Positions 14,721 to 26,011 of a stretch of 64,000 bases of DNA are shown one piece after another; position 1 is the first letter of the stretch; every line of letters starts with the position of its first letter. Source of the stretch: Chiloscyllium plagiosum (Eukaryota); NCBI RefSeq assembly GCF_004010195.1, contig NC_057728.1, forward strand, positions 41,582,844-41,646,843, given 5' to 3'. The notes beneath the pieces are model-generated. The model was not told the origin of the DNA, did no database searches, and worked only from the letters and a program-made list of their open reading frames with translations. The position numbers were made by a program, and so were the translations under genes.

Positions 14721-15066
14721 CAAAGCGTTGTAACTGTTGGTCTCCCTGTGTGAGGTGTGGAGGGTGCAGTTTGAAACAGTCTTTCCACTTGTGTGTGTGT
14801 GCATATAGTAAGTGTGTGAGGGAGCTCAGCTCATGCCTATATAGGCCACTCATGTTGTGAACTGTCTGGTGTAGCTTGAGTAATGTCCAGGCAGGTAGAT
14901 GGAGGAAGGGTCTGGGAAACTCTTTACGCACTGATCTTTTTCAGTCCCACTTCCATAAAACAGGGTCTGAATCCTTTATCTGCTTGTGTCAGCGATTGCC
15001 CAAGAGGATTCTGAAGTGCGACGTAATGGAATAAAATCATGATGCATTGGAATTCCTGATCTTCAA

Positions 15067-15230
15067 CTGAGTCATAGCGTCGGAAACAGACTCTTTGGTC
15101 CAGCTCATCTGTGCTGACCAGACATCCCAATCTGACCGAGCCCCATTTGCTGGCATTTGGCCCATCTCCCTCTAAAGCGTTTCTATCCATATAGCTATCC
15201 AGATGCCTTTTAAAGATTATAATTGAACCC
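15067..15230 (-). mobile_element. CR1 3' tail fragment
   Basis: Same 3' UTR as 7172-7340 (GGAAACAGAC..GGTCCA..ATCCAGATGCCTTTTAAA). Confidence 0.8.
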
Positions 15231-15546
15231 AGTCTGTTTATACTGTTTTCACTCTACATTGTGACTCCCATTTAAGTTGCAGCGTTAGAGTCTCTGAACT
15301 AACTCTGTAATAATCCTGCGGTCACTGAACGGACTGAGAGACTTACACAAATGTAAGTGCTAATTTGATTATGTGTTTTGTGGTTGTAAGATTTCGTTAT
15401 ACTGTTTTGTGAAAGTATGACTCTAAGTCTGTCCCAACAGACGATTATGTCGGTGATTGGTAACACTAGTAAAGTTCTGCCTTTGTTATCTTAGTATTTG
15501 TCTTTGTAGTTCTTTCCAACATGTGACAATTCTTCTGGACGAAGAG

Positions 15547-15672
15547 TGATGTGGAGGTGCGGATATTGGACTGGGGTGGGCAAAGTCCGAAGTCACACAA
15601 CACCAGGTTATAATCCAACAGGTTTATTTGAAATCACAAGCTCTTGAAACGCTACTCCTACACCAGGTGAAG
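15547..15672 (-). mobile_element. Short PLE-type repeat, family B
   Basis: GATGTGGAGGTGC...GGACTGGGGTGG...CACACAACACCAGGTTATA; reverse complement of the 8120 element. Confidence 0.75.
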
Positions 15673-16929
15673 AGTGAATTAGGATAGATAAATACTAGTA
15701 TGAACTGCAGAGGAAACAATGATGAATAAAACAGTGTAGCTTCCAGTGCGTTAGTTGCTAAGATGACAATGACATTGACTGGCTCTTGCCATACATTCAT
15801 TTCCAAACCGTCTACACAGGGAATGAGATGTTACAGGGCCCTATTGTGACACCTCACTGGTGTACTGCACAGGACAACTCAGTTCCCTATTCCCGCTGTT
15901 CCACCATTCCCTGTGGTCCCTTTAGCTCTAAGAACTCTGTCTCACGCTTATTTGAAAACATTCAATGGTTTAGCCTGAATTGCCTTCCGTAATAGAGCAT
16001 TCCACAGGCTGACCATTTCCAGGTGAAAATGTTTCTATTCATCTCAGTCCTAAATTAACGTGTGACCCATGGTGCTTGGTCATCGGGAACATCTGAAGTT
16101 GGTTCCGAAGAAGGAGATGTTTCTTCATGCAGAAGGTTATGAATCATCGGAAAGTTTTGCTTCCGAGGGATATGGATTCTTGGGTGTCCAGTAGAGATTG
16201 ATACAGTTTTGGAATCTTGTGGAATCTGGAGATATGGAGATTGATTTGCAGTAACTGCTAATGGCCAAACAACGTCACAATCTTATTAAATTGTGGAACG
16301 GGCTCGGGGGAATTTGGCGTTTTTCTTGTATTTAATTTTCTTTAGCTTTGCTTTTATCTCTCCTGGAATGTTGGTGTCCCTGGGAAGCTCATCATTAGTT
16401 GCTCAGCTCCAACAGCTCTTGTACATAGGTGGCTGCTGGGCCGCTATAGAGGATAGTGTCAATTCAATCGCATTGTTGTGTGTCTCGAGTCAAATGGAGG
16501 CCACACCAGCTCGGATGGGAAGGACATTAGTGAACCAGATAGCTTTTACAACAAATCCATGACAAATATCATGTTCCCCGTCACTGAGATAAGTTTTCTA
16601 TACTAAATTTATTCCTAATGCCAGCCACCTTGTAGATATTTGTATCCAGGTTGGGAATGGGAGGAACAAGAGCAGGCCATTCAGCCCATCCAGCCTGCCC
16701 TGCCATTCAACTCGATCATGGCTGATAAAACATTTTTAAGTGTTCCATAGATATTTCAGTTTGCATTGGATCTTAACTGTGAATTGCTTACATTAAAGTT
16801 ACAGATTACATTGGAGAGGCTAGATTTTGTTTCAGCTATGGTAGAGGGATCCTCAGGAATCCATTGTTAGTAATGGAAACGTGAAATTTGGCTGCCTCTG
16901 ATGCAAACATTTCACCCCAATCCAGCTCG

Positions 16930-17179
16930 GCTCAGAGAATGAATGAGAGAAAGTGAGGACTGCAGATGCTGGAGATCAGAGCTGAAAATGTGTTGCTGGA
17001 AAAGTGCAGCAGGTCAGGCAGCATCCAAGGAACAGGAGAATCGACCTTTCGGTCATAAGCCCTTCTTCAGACTCCTGAAGAAGGGCTTATGCCCGAAACG
17101 TCGATTCTCCTGTTCCTTGGATGCTGCCTGACCTGCTGCGCCTTTCCAGCAACACATTTTCAGCTCAGAGAATGAATGA
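16930..17179. mobile_element. Palindromic PLE family A cassette with 17-bp TSD
   Basis: Inverted arms meet near 17070; GCTCAGAGAATGAATGA occurs at 16930-16946 and 17163-17179; hammerhead core on + at 17075-17102. Confidence 0.85.
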
Positions 17180-17294
17180 CCATATTTCACAAACAGGAAT
17201 AGGGCTATTGTGTTTGGAATTGCATGCATCAATATCTGCCTATTTGAAGCTCAGCTATTTTAGTTCTGTGAACCGGGTTTGACCAAGGTCCTAT

Positions 17295-18100
17295 TGGTAT
17301 GAAGTTGTAGGTATACTGTACCTTTTAGAAAGTTGAAAAGCTAGCAAGGACTTAGAGAAGCACAGGGAGTCTGGAACAAGCTAACAATGTAACATTTGGT
17401 TGAAACAGCTCGAGTAGCTGGCTTGCCATGAGACAAAAACAAATCCAAATTTGCCAATTAGTTTAAATTATGCCACAAGTCACTAAACTCCAATCGAATT
17501 TGCATTTAGTATTTCAATAATATTAAAACCAATGAAACAATCCGTTGTTGTGGCATATAAACATCAGACATTTTGAACAGTTAGATATGGTGGCAAAGAG
17601 AACTGTCAAAAGGCCAACAGATGTAGGCTGCTAGTACGAGCTCTCTGAGAGTTACCTGTCTGGAGAAGGAGCGTACACAGAAAAGAAAACATCAAAACTG
17701 ACCTGGAGAGAGTCTACCGAGGAAAACCTACAAAGGAAACTCGGCAAAGCTGACTGGTTCTGAAATGTGATTATTTTTCTGTAAGTCGTAATTGTGATTT
17801 TTAAAATCAGACTAGTAGTCTAGAGGGAGAGGTAAAAGATAAGGTTAAGAGAAAGGAGTTGTAAATACTTGTTAGTTAATATTCTCTGTTAGACTTAAAA
17901 ATAACTTTGTCAATTTTTACATTAAACTATTGACATTTGTGGTAATTCTTTGCCTCCCGAATTTTAACAGATTACAGCACAGGGTGACTCTTATCTGTTT
18001 TATTGGTTTAAATTAGTCGAGGGATTTAACACGTACCGTTTGGGGGCTTGTCGCCAAGAGTTGAACAGTTTGGGTCTGGGATTCATGAATTGGACAGGTT
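17295..18100 (+). mobile_element. Putative LTR followed by a degenerate tRNA-Pro-like primer-binding site
   Basis: About 740-bp unique block with CATATAAA near 17553, followed by TGGGGGCTTGTC (18041-18052), resembling the tRNA-Pro PBS TGGGGGCTCGTC. No second LTR or gag/pol seen. Confidence 0.5.
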
Positions 18101-19175
18101 TAGACAGATCCAGACATTTTTGAAGAATGTTCTGTCTGAGAATCATTTCTGTCCAAATAGCTGCAGAGATTGGGAAATTGTGAAAACGAATATATTTCAA
18201 GCTGTGCATTTTAATGCAAATGCAATGATTGCACAGCTCTCAAGAAGATAAAAATCGAAAGTTGACCCTGAACCAAATATTGATATGCAAATTAGCAACT
18301 CCAAATCACGGCCAGTGGTGGAAGGTTAATCTGAAGTTTATAGGAACGTGGGATTGTCTTTCCCTCTGATTGCATGAAGGACAGTATTCAACTCTTGTGT
18401 CATGAAATGGTTACTCCCTTCGCCATGTTGCTCGGTTACCTGGCCTTGATTCAGATTCAGCAAACAACAAACTGACAGAAAGAACTGTAACATACCGTTG
18501 CCCTGTAGCATTGAGGTGAACCATTTGTCTCTTGGTTGTTCACTTGGGAAGGAATGAAATACTGGGAGTAGGCGGCCCCCATTTGCACTGTCACTGTGTG
18601 AGTAATGGGCAGCCATTGGAGAACCTTACCTTTCAGAAACTGAGGGTAGACATGTTACTTGAATGAGGGTTGTGTGACACACTTCCAAAACTTTGACTGC
18701 AATTATTGGGCAGGAATCAGACAACATCCCGTTGTACCAACACATGAACGAGAAAGACATGTAGGCCGCTGCTCTCCAATAGATGGATGGCTGATCTGAT
18801 TTTAACCTCAAGTCCATGTTCCTACGTATCCTCATTATATTCCATCTCCATGTTCATCAGAAATCTATCTTTTTCTGCCTGAAAACCAATGAAAGATTCC
18901 GCATCCACTGCCTTTTGAGGAAGAAAATTCTAAAGACTCTCAAGCCTCTGAGAGAGAACAAAATGTTTTAAACAGTCCCATATGTTTAACCATTGACCCC
19001 AGTTCAAGATTCTCACACAAGAGAATACACTCTTTCCACATCCACTTGCTCAAATCCACACAGGAGTTTTACTGTTTCACTTCAGTCACTTCTGTCTCTT
19101 TTAAACTGAGGAGGATGTACAGGCCTGGCCTTTGTATCCTTTTCTCCAAAGGCAATCCTGTCAGTCCAGGTATTA

Positions 19176-20196
19176 TGGAAAATAAAGAGCATGAAAGCAT
19201 GGGAAGGGTGAAAACATGAAGACCACTGGTGATCTATTGCAAGGGGTCTGAGGAATGCTACGCTAGTCAAAGGGTCACTTTGGCAGGATGGGATAAGAAT
19301 AGGGGAATGCTTTTACAACAGTTTTAACACTCACACAACACCAGGTTATAGTCCAACAGGTTTATTTGGAAGCACTAGCTTTAGGAGCACTGCTCCTTTA
19401 TCAGGTGATTGATCACAACTACCTGATGAAGGAGCGGCCCTCTGAAAGCTAGTGCTTCCAATTAAACCTGTTGGACTATAACCTGGTGTTGTGTGATTTT
19501 TAATTTTGTGCACCCCAGTCCTACACCGGCGTCTCCAAATTATGACTTACACCAATTAGCAGAGAAAGGTTGCGACTGAAAGATCACTATAGTGGGATAA
19601 ACTACCACAGTTTAGTAATGTCAGCCTCGGCTGCTAACTATCATCATAGCAGGTTTGGTATAGGTTGTAATAATAAATGTTTGGGACATGACATTAAATC
19701 TTTAATGAATAGGTAGTGGAGTCAGCGTGCTTGAACCCTTGACAATAAATATCTAATCAGGACTTAGTAGAGTCTGCTTGCTTGAAAACCTGGACAGTAA
19801 ACTATCTAATCATGGCATTAGAAACATTAACTAGGGTCTGGAATGAAAGACCATTGTTGCAAAACCGACACTAAATATCTAATTGTGACATTAGAATAAC
19901 ATTAAGTAGAATGTAGGGAAAAACTATAGTGAGACAACTAAAAAGATAATGGGAACTAACATCACTGGTTTATTGGATAGCTGGAGTGAGGTACTTTTGA
20001 TTAAAACAGATGGTCATGCTGATAAGCTAATAAAAACGTGATTACAAAAAGACATAAAGAACCACAAACCGTGAGGTTCGTGGATATTCAAGACTCTACT
20101 TTCTGAGTGTCACGATTTTTTGTTTGCAAATAAAAGACCTTCTCCTTGAATAACTCTCCGTGTCTCCTGGTGTTTCTCTACATTTTCTTCATGACA
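19176..20196 (+). mobile_element. Putative solo LTR
   Basis: TG...CA ends, flanking GTATTA/GCATTA (6-bp TSD with one mismatch), internal imperfect direct repeats, AATAAA at about 20129 roughly 60 bp before the end. Confidence 0.6.
19330..19545. mobile_element. Palindromic PLE family B cassette inside the solo LTR
   Basis: About 75-bp inverted arms (TCACACAACACCAGG...ATCAGG / CCTGATG...GGTGTTGTGTGA); core CTGATGA at 19423. Confidence 0.8.
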
Positions 20197-20759
20197 GCAT
20201 TACTCTAATAACCCACTTCTAATACATTTCAGCCTTCCATAAGTGTGGTGATCAGTAGCGTAGACAGTACTCCAAATGCAGCCTCGTCGATGCCCTGTGA
20301 AATGGAAATATTCGATTGCATTCTATTGCCCTCACAACAAAATATAACTTTTGATTAGCTTCCCTGATCCCTTGCTATATCTTCACACGGATCTTCTGTG
20401 ATCTATGTACGAGGATGCCCACATTTCTCCACATCTCAGAGCTCTGAAACCTCTCACCATTTACAAAGTTTTTCACTCTTTCTGCCAAAATGGACAATTT
20501 CATACATTAAAGTCTACTTGCCAGATGTCGGTCCACTCGCTTAACCATTGCCCTTTGCAGCAATGTCCCCTTCAGTACTCACGGTCCTCCCTACCTTCAT
20601 GGCATTAATGGTAATACTCTGCACTCCTGCTAGAACCACACACACATACACTCACACCCTTGCAAGATTACAGATCTATTTCTCAACACAGCAGCAATGG
20701 TTGGAAACTGTGAGCCAATCAAATGACAGAGACTGCTTGCAATGTGTTTGCTGTTCCTT

Positions 20760-21447
20760 TGGAGTAGAACCCCTACAACATGGAAACAGGCCACTGAACC
20801 CGTGCAAGTCTGCAGGGACCCTCCAGATAGCATCTCACCCCAGACTCAACTCCCTATCCGATATTTCCAGTGGCTAACACAATTAACCTACACACCCCTG
20901 AATAATGTAGCACAGCCGGTCCAACTAACCTATACACACCTGGACAATATAGCACGGCCAATCCAGTTAACCTACACACCCCTGGACAATATAACACGGC
21001 CGGTCCAACTAACCTACACACCCCGGACAATATAGCAGGGCTAGTCCAACTAGCCTACACACCCCTGGACAATATAGCACGGCCCATCCAACTAACCTAC
21101 ACACCCCGGACAATATAGCACGGCCAGTCCAGTTAACCTACACACCCCTGGACAATATAGCACGGTCAAACCAGTTACCCACACACCCCTGTACAATATA
21201 GCACGGCCAGTCCAACTAACCTACACACCTCTGGACAATATAGCATGACCAGTCCAGTTAACCTACACACCCCTGGACAATATAGCACGGCTAATCTATT
21301 TAATCTGCACATCTTTGGGCTCTGGGAGGAAACCCACACAGGCACGGGGGCAACGGGCAAGGACCACACAGACTGTCGCCTGAGGCTGGAACTGAACCTG
21401 ACCCCTAGCACTGATGGGGCGGCAATGCGAACTACTGAGCCACCATG
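20760..21447 (-). mobile_element. HE1-like tRNA SINE containing an expanded ~42-bp minisatellite
   Basis: SINE head (TGGTGGCTCAGTAG on -) at about 21445, tail at about 20765; CCAACTAACCTACACACCCCTGGACAATATAGCACGGCCAGT repeated about 10 times at 20875-21300. Confidence 0.85.
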
Positions 21448-21500
21448 CAGTTAATGCAGCAGATAGGAAGTGATAGATTTCTCTTCAAGCTCATCTCCCT

Positions 21501-21703
21501 AACTTAATAGGAAGGCTTGATGTGAAGGTGCCGGTGTTGGATTGGTGTGGACAAAGTTAAAAATCACACAACACCAGGTTATAGTCCAACAGGTTTATTT
21601 AGTCCAACACAACTAACTAATGATGGAGCAGCGCTAAGAAAGCTAGTGCTTCCATATAAACCTGTTGGACAAAAACGTGGTGATTTTTAACTTAATAGGA
21701 AGG
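21501..21703. mobile_element. PLE family B cassette with partial inversion and 15-bp TSD
   Basis: AACTTAATAGGAAGG occurs at 21501-21515 and 21689-21703. Confidence 0.8.
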
Positions 21704-21772
21704 GTCTGCGAACAAGAAACTCGATTTCCCTTTGAGTGTAACATACTCAGCTCAGGAGATCTCCTTTGAATG

Positions 21773-22208
21773 TGCTGGGCCTAGCTGATTGGAGATACCT
21801 GTGATGTGGAGACTGAAATGGAATCCATGGTTATGAGAGAAACCATCAATTGTATTTGGAATGCTAACAGCGCAGTGATACACTTTCGTAGAAGGGTATC
21901 CAGTTACCTTTGTCACCCCACCACAATGAACTGACTCCCAACTGAATGAAGATGGTATCTCACCGTTTCAGGTTTGACCGGACTCAGAACTGCTGGGCCT
22001 AGCTGATTGGAGATACCCGTGATGTGGAGACTGAAATGGAATCCATGGTTATGAGAGAAACCATCAATTGTATTTGGAATGCTAACAGCGCAGTGATACA
22101 CTTTCGTAGAAGGGTATCCAGTTAGCTTTGTCACCCCACCACAATGAACTGACTCCCGACTGAATGAAGATGGTATCTCACCGTTTCAGGTTTGACCGGA
22201 CTCAGAAC
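21773..22208. repeat. Tandem duplication, 2 x 218 bp, near-identical
   Basis: TGCTGGGCCTAGCTG...GGACTCAGAAC occurs at 21773-21990 and 21991-22208. Confidence 0.95.
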
Positions 22209-23019
22209 GTTAACTCTGCTTCTTTGTCCTCAGATGCTGCAAGACCTGCTGAGCTCATCCAGTAATTTCTGTTTGTGCTTCAGATTTGTTCATATCGGGG
22301 TTTACCATGAGGGTAGATTTAACGAGTAGCTGAGAGTGTTCAATGAGCAGCTCGGCAGAGATATTTATTGACAGCTCCTCCCAATCATTCCAGGTGGGGA
22401 TAGCAGACAAAAAAACAGGGAAACTCTCTACTCACAATCTCATCCCAGGAAGTGAGTGACCATTGATTGGGAACCTGGGTAGAACAGTTCCTTGAAACTA
22501 GCGAGACTGAAATGACAGCCCAGATCATCAAACCCACTTTCAACTGGTGTCCTCTCCCAATGGCATTCAGAATAATTTACCACAGAAAGCACAAGTCACA
22601 AAATCTCCTAATTGGTGCAGTGCAGAAGGAGGTCATTGGCCCGTCATGTGGGGGGTGGGGGGATAGTGTGGTGCTCTCCAAATGCAATTCTCCACACGTG
22701 TCATTTTCAGTGTAATCTGCATGTTCTTCTCTTTTCTAATAACCTTTCAGCTGTCTTCCCAACACCTCGATGAAACCCGAACTACACCACAGCCACTGTG
22801 AATGCATTTTGATTCCCGTCTGCCAAACTTAAAAATAAATATGCATTATGTAAGACCCAAGACCTCTGGAATGAAAATAGTCCAAGCCAATAGTGAGAAA
22901 TTGGCTTATAATGCCACCCCTTCGATCTCTGAACAATTTGAATAGAAGATAAGTTTTAAAAAAAGCAGTCTAGCCTTTTTAATGTAAATCTGACAGTTCG
23001 GTTTGCAACTCAACAAACT

Positions 23020-23340
23020 CTGACTATCCTGTGCTTGCACGAGTTGGTGTTGCTGGCAAAACACTTCGTGTTTATAGCAGAACTTTCAGTGCAGTTCGCC
23101 ATGTTGCGATCATAACCCTGTTGCTTATTTTGAACTGTTTGGCTTGTGAACAGTAATAACCAGCATCAAAGAAATATGCTCCCTTTTCCAGTTGTCCGTT
23201 TAGTTACCTGAGAGGACATACTCCCCTTCAAAGTCCAGCTCTTAGTGAAGATGCCTTCAGTTTGAGAGACAACGTAATAGGTTTGAATCAAAATCAGGCT
23301 TTAGCTTTGGTCACTGCAGACAAGTGGAAACGTTCTGAAG
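23020..23340 (+). pseudogene. Decayed paralogous copy of GPCR exon 1 plus the start of intron 1
   Basis: ACTATCCTGTGCTTGCACGAGTTGGTGTTGCTGGCAA (YPVLARVGVA) aligns to 24804-24840. Collinear similarity continues to GCTTTAGCTTTGGTC..AGACAAGTGGAAA (about 25081-25113). The donor GT reads GC and no ATG is recognisable. Confidence 0.8.
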
Positions 23341-23749
23341 GTGATTTCACAGCTTCCTGAACATCATGCGGGCCAAAGGAGAGGGGGCTAATATGTTCTT
23401 AATCCCGATTCTGCTATGGTGAATTGGTGACTCATTTCCTGCACTCTCAATTTTCTTCAGCATCGGAAACAATGGCTCAGTGTAATATATGCTGCCAGTC
23501 CGATTGGGCTGACAGTGTAAATACTTTTTACTACAGTTGTAATCAATTTAATATTTAGAGTGGGACAGGTCCCCAGCACTCTATAATTATGACAGCACTC
23601 CACGGTACATGAATGAACGTACTCTATAGCTGGCAGATTGATGTGTCTCCCTTAACACATATTTGGAACAAGACAAAAAACACATTCTTGTGACAGGAAA
23701 GTACAGAGAAGACAAATCATGTCAAAGACGTACAGTTGTCTTGCACAGA

Positions 23750-24480
23750 AACGTAGAAGCAGAGAAACTAGGAGCAAGAGTAGCCCATTCAAGCCTGCTT
23801 CCTCATTCAGTAAGTTGCACCCAGACCTGGGTGTCATTGTGGACCAAAATGGGAGTGAGGAATCTCATAGAAACATATAAAATCCTGCTGGGACTGGGCC
23901 ACCATGCCACCCCAATTGTATGGTCAGCCATGATCATACTGAATGTTGGTGCAGGCTCGAAGGGTCAAATGGCCTATTCCTGAAGCCATTTCCTATGTTT
24001 ACCTATGCTTCAATATCCTCATGGCAGCGTCTTCAATTCACTCCCAATTCCATCTCTCTCCTTTTGACCTGTTTAGCCACAAGAACTATTGCTCTTTGGA
24101 AATACTTAGCAACAACTGCTTTCTTTGGCAGAGAATCACACAGGCTCCCCACTGTTCGGGTGAAGACATTTCTCCTCATCTCGGTTCTAAATGATCTACC
24201 CCGAAACCCTTAGTCTGTGACCACTGGTACTGGACTCCCTGGCCATTGGGCACATCATGGTGAAATTTTATCAGTGTCCTTGAGATTCCCACTCATTCTT
24301 CTCAACTCCAGTAAACATTATCCTAACGGATTCAATCTCTCTTCTAACACGAGTTCTGCCATACCAGGAATCAGTCTGTTCAACCTGCATCACCTCTGTC
24401 ACTAGACTATCCTTCCACAGATATGGAGATCAAAACTGCGCACCTGACTGCAGATGTGGTCTCACTAAGGCCCTGTACAT
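23750..24480 (-). mobile_element. Decayed CR1 3' fragments, mixed orientation
   Basis: RNLIETYKIL on +; GGCAGAGAATCACACAGG, GAAGACATTTCTCCTCATCTC and AGATGTGGTCTCAC on the antisense pattern. Confidence 0.7.
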
Positions 24481-24691
24481 CGAATTCGCAATAATTATAA
24501 ATTAAAATAGGAATGGGAAGTCGAAATCATACGTTTGTCACTTATGATAACCTTATGATTCTCGCCACGTGAAAGCATTATTAAACAAAGGTGATTAAAC
24601 CAGTGTAATGTGACTTGCCTTAAGACTGTTTGTTCAATGGAGTGAAACTGATATCAGCCATTGTGCAATCATCATTGTGAGTGCCACCAGT

Positions 24692-24697
24692 TATAAA
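24692..24697 (+). promoter_or_regulatory. Candidate TATA box of the GPCR gene
   Basis: TATAAA 75 bp upstream of the ATG; position is plausible but there is no transcript evidence. Confidence 0.4.
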
Positions 24698-24766
24698 TAT
24701 GTGAGCAGATGAACTTGTATATGGTATTTCCATAACACAAACATAGGATTCCACTTTACTGAGACC

Positions 24767-24836
24767 ATGGGATCATCACCTATCCTACAAATCAAGTACA
24801 TTTACTACCCTGTGCTTGCACTGGTTGGTGTTCCTG
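24767..24836 (+). CDS. GPR139/GPR142-like GPCR, coding exon 1 (MGSSPILQIKYIYYPVLALVGVP + 1 nt)
   Basis: Kozak-like ACCATGG and donor G|GTAAGG. The 70-nt phase-1 exon joins in frame to 26012, completing TM1 as YYPVLALVGVPANFLTIAIL. Confidence 0.88.
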
Positions 24837-26011
24837 GTAAGGCATTCCTCCTTTGAAGCAGAGCTTTCAATGTAGTTGTTACTCATGTCAGGATCAGGAT
24901 ACTGCTGCTTATTTTGAAGTGTTTGGTTTGTGCGCAGCAATAGTTAGAATCAAAGACACTGATCCAGATTCCAATTGTTCATTTTGTTAATCGGGAGGAT
25001 GTAGTCTCCTTCAAAGTCCAGCCGTGAATGAAGTTGCCTATGACTTCAGAGACCGTGTTGTACTTTTAAATCAGGATCAAGCTTTAGCTTTGGTCGCTGT
25101 AGACAAGTGGAAAAGTTCTCAAAGTTACTTCCAACTTCTTGGGGGAAGGGGAAAGGGAAATTGTATGTTAAGTTTGTAACACTGGCAGAAATGGATGAGA
25201 TTCTGCCCTCTGGCAAACACCCTGGCTCCCTGCTGGTGTGTCAGACCCTTGTTCTCATTCCCACAGCCCACAATGGCTGCCAGCCCAGCATTGTGGATGA
25301 GAAATGCAAACAGAGAGAAGCTGGGTGTGCAGGTGCATTCAATGGAAATAACACAGAAAGGAGCCTTAATACCCCAGCTCATGAGATGAAGCTGCTATTT
25401 CACGAGTTCATAGAGAAGGACATTAAGAGCCATAGCTGATGGATTTTGCATTTTCCATACAGCAGTATCTCCAACCTTTTAGATAGATCCCCACTGCCCT
25501 TTTGCAAATTTATTATTTGGGAGGAACTAGTATCAAGCCAAACTGCTGAGAAGCTGCCCAGAAGTCTCTTCTTATTCAACAGTACTCCAAGTCACATTCA
25601 CATACTACAATTTGAGTTGAAGTTTATTGTTAAACTTCTAAATCCCACAATCTATCTAATTATTTTCTGTTCATCATGAAGCTAGCAGGAAAGTTGCATT
25701 CCTCTGGGTCATTTCCCGCTGTTCCATCATAATCTCTCGAAGTGATCCTGTCATGGAGTGGAGTGTTGAACTAATCACAGTGCTCCCTGTCCAGGTCTTG
25801 GTATTTTACAAAGATAGCAATGGCTGTATCTATCATCTTAAAGTTATTCAGAAAATCCAATGATTTGAATCCACAAAACTGTAAATGCTCTGCTCATCCA
25901 TTAGAATGGGGAAAGAGAGGGTTTTGCCAATGAAGGACAAAAATTAAAAATTAGATGAAATCCTCTTACATTGAAGAGTTTTTATGATCATTATTTGTGT
26001 TCATTTTGCAG

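Larger units (their letters stand above)
18740..20600 (-). mobile_element. Old CR1/L2-like 3' fragment split by the LTR-like insertion
   Basis: CR1-like antisense motifs occur on both sides (CCACTGCCTTTTGAGGAAGA; ACAGTACTCCAAATGCAG). Confidence 0.6.

Noticed and set aside
25984..26011. ORF-track start codon for the GPCR
   Set aside because: It lies in the intron 3' end upstream of the TTTTGCAG acceptor and would truncate TM1. Exon 1 at 24767 fits better.
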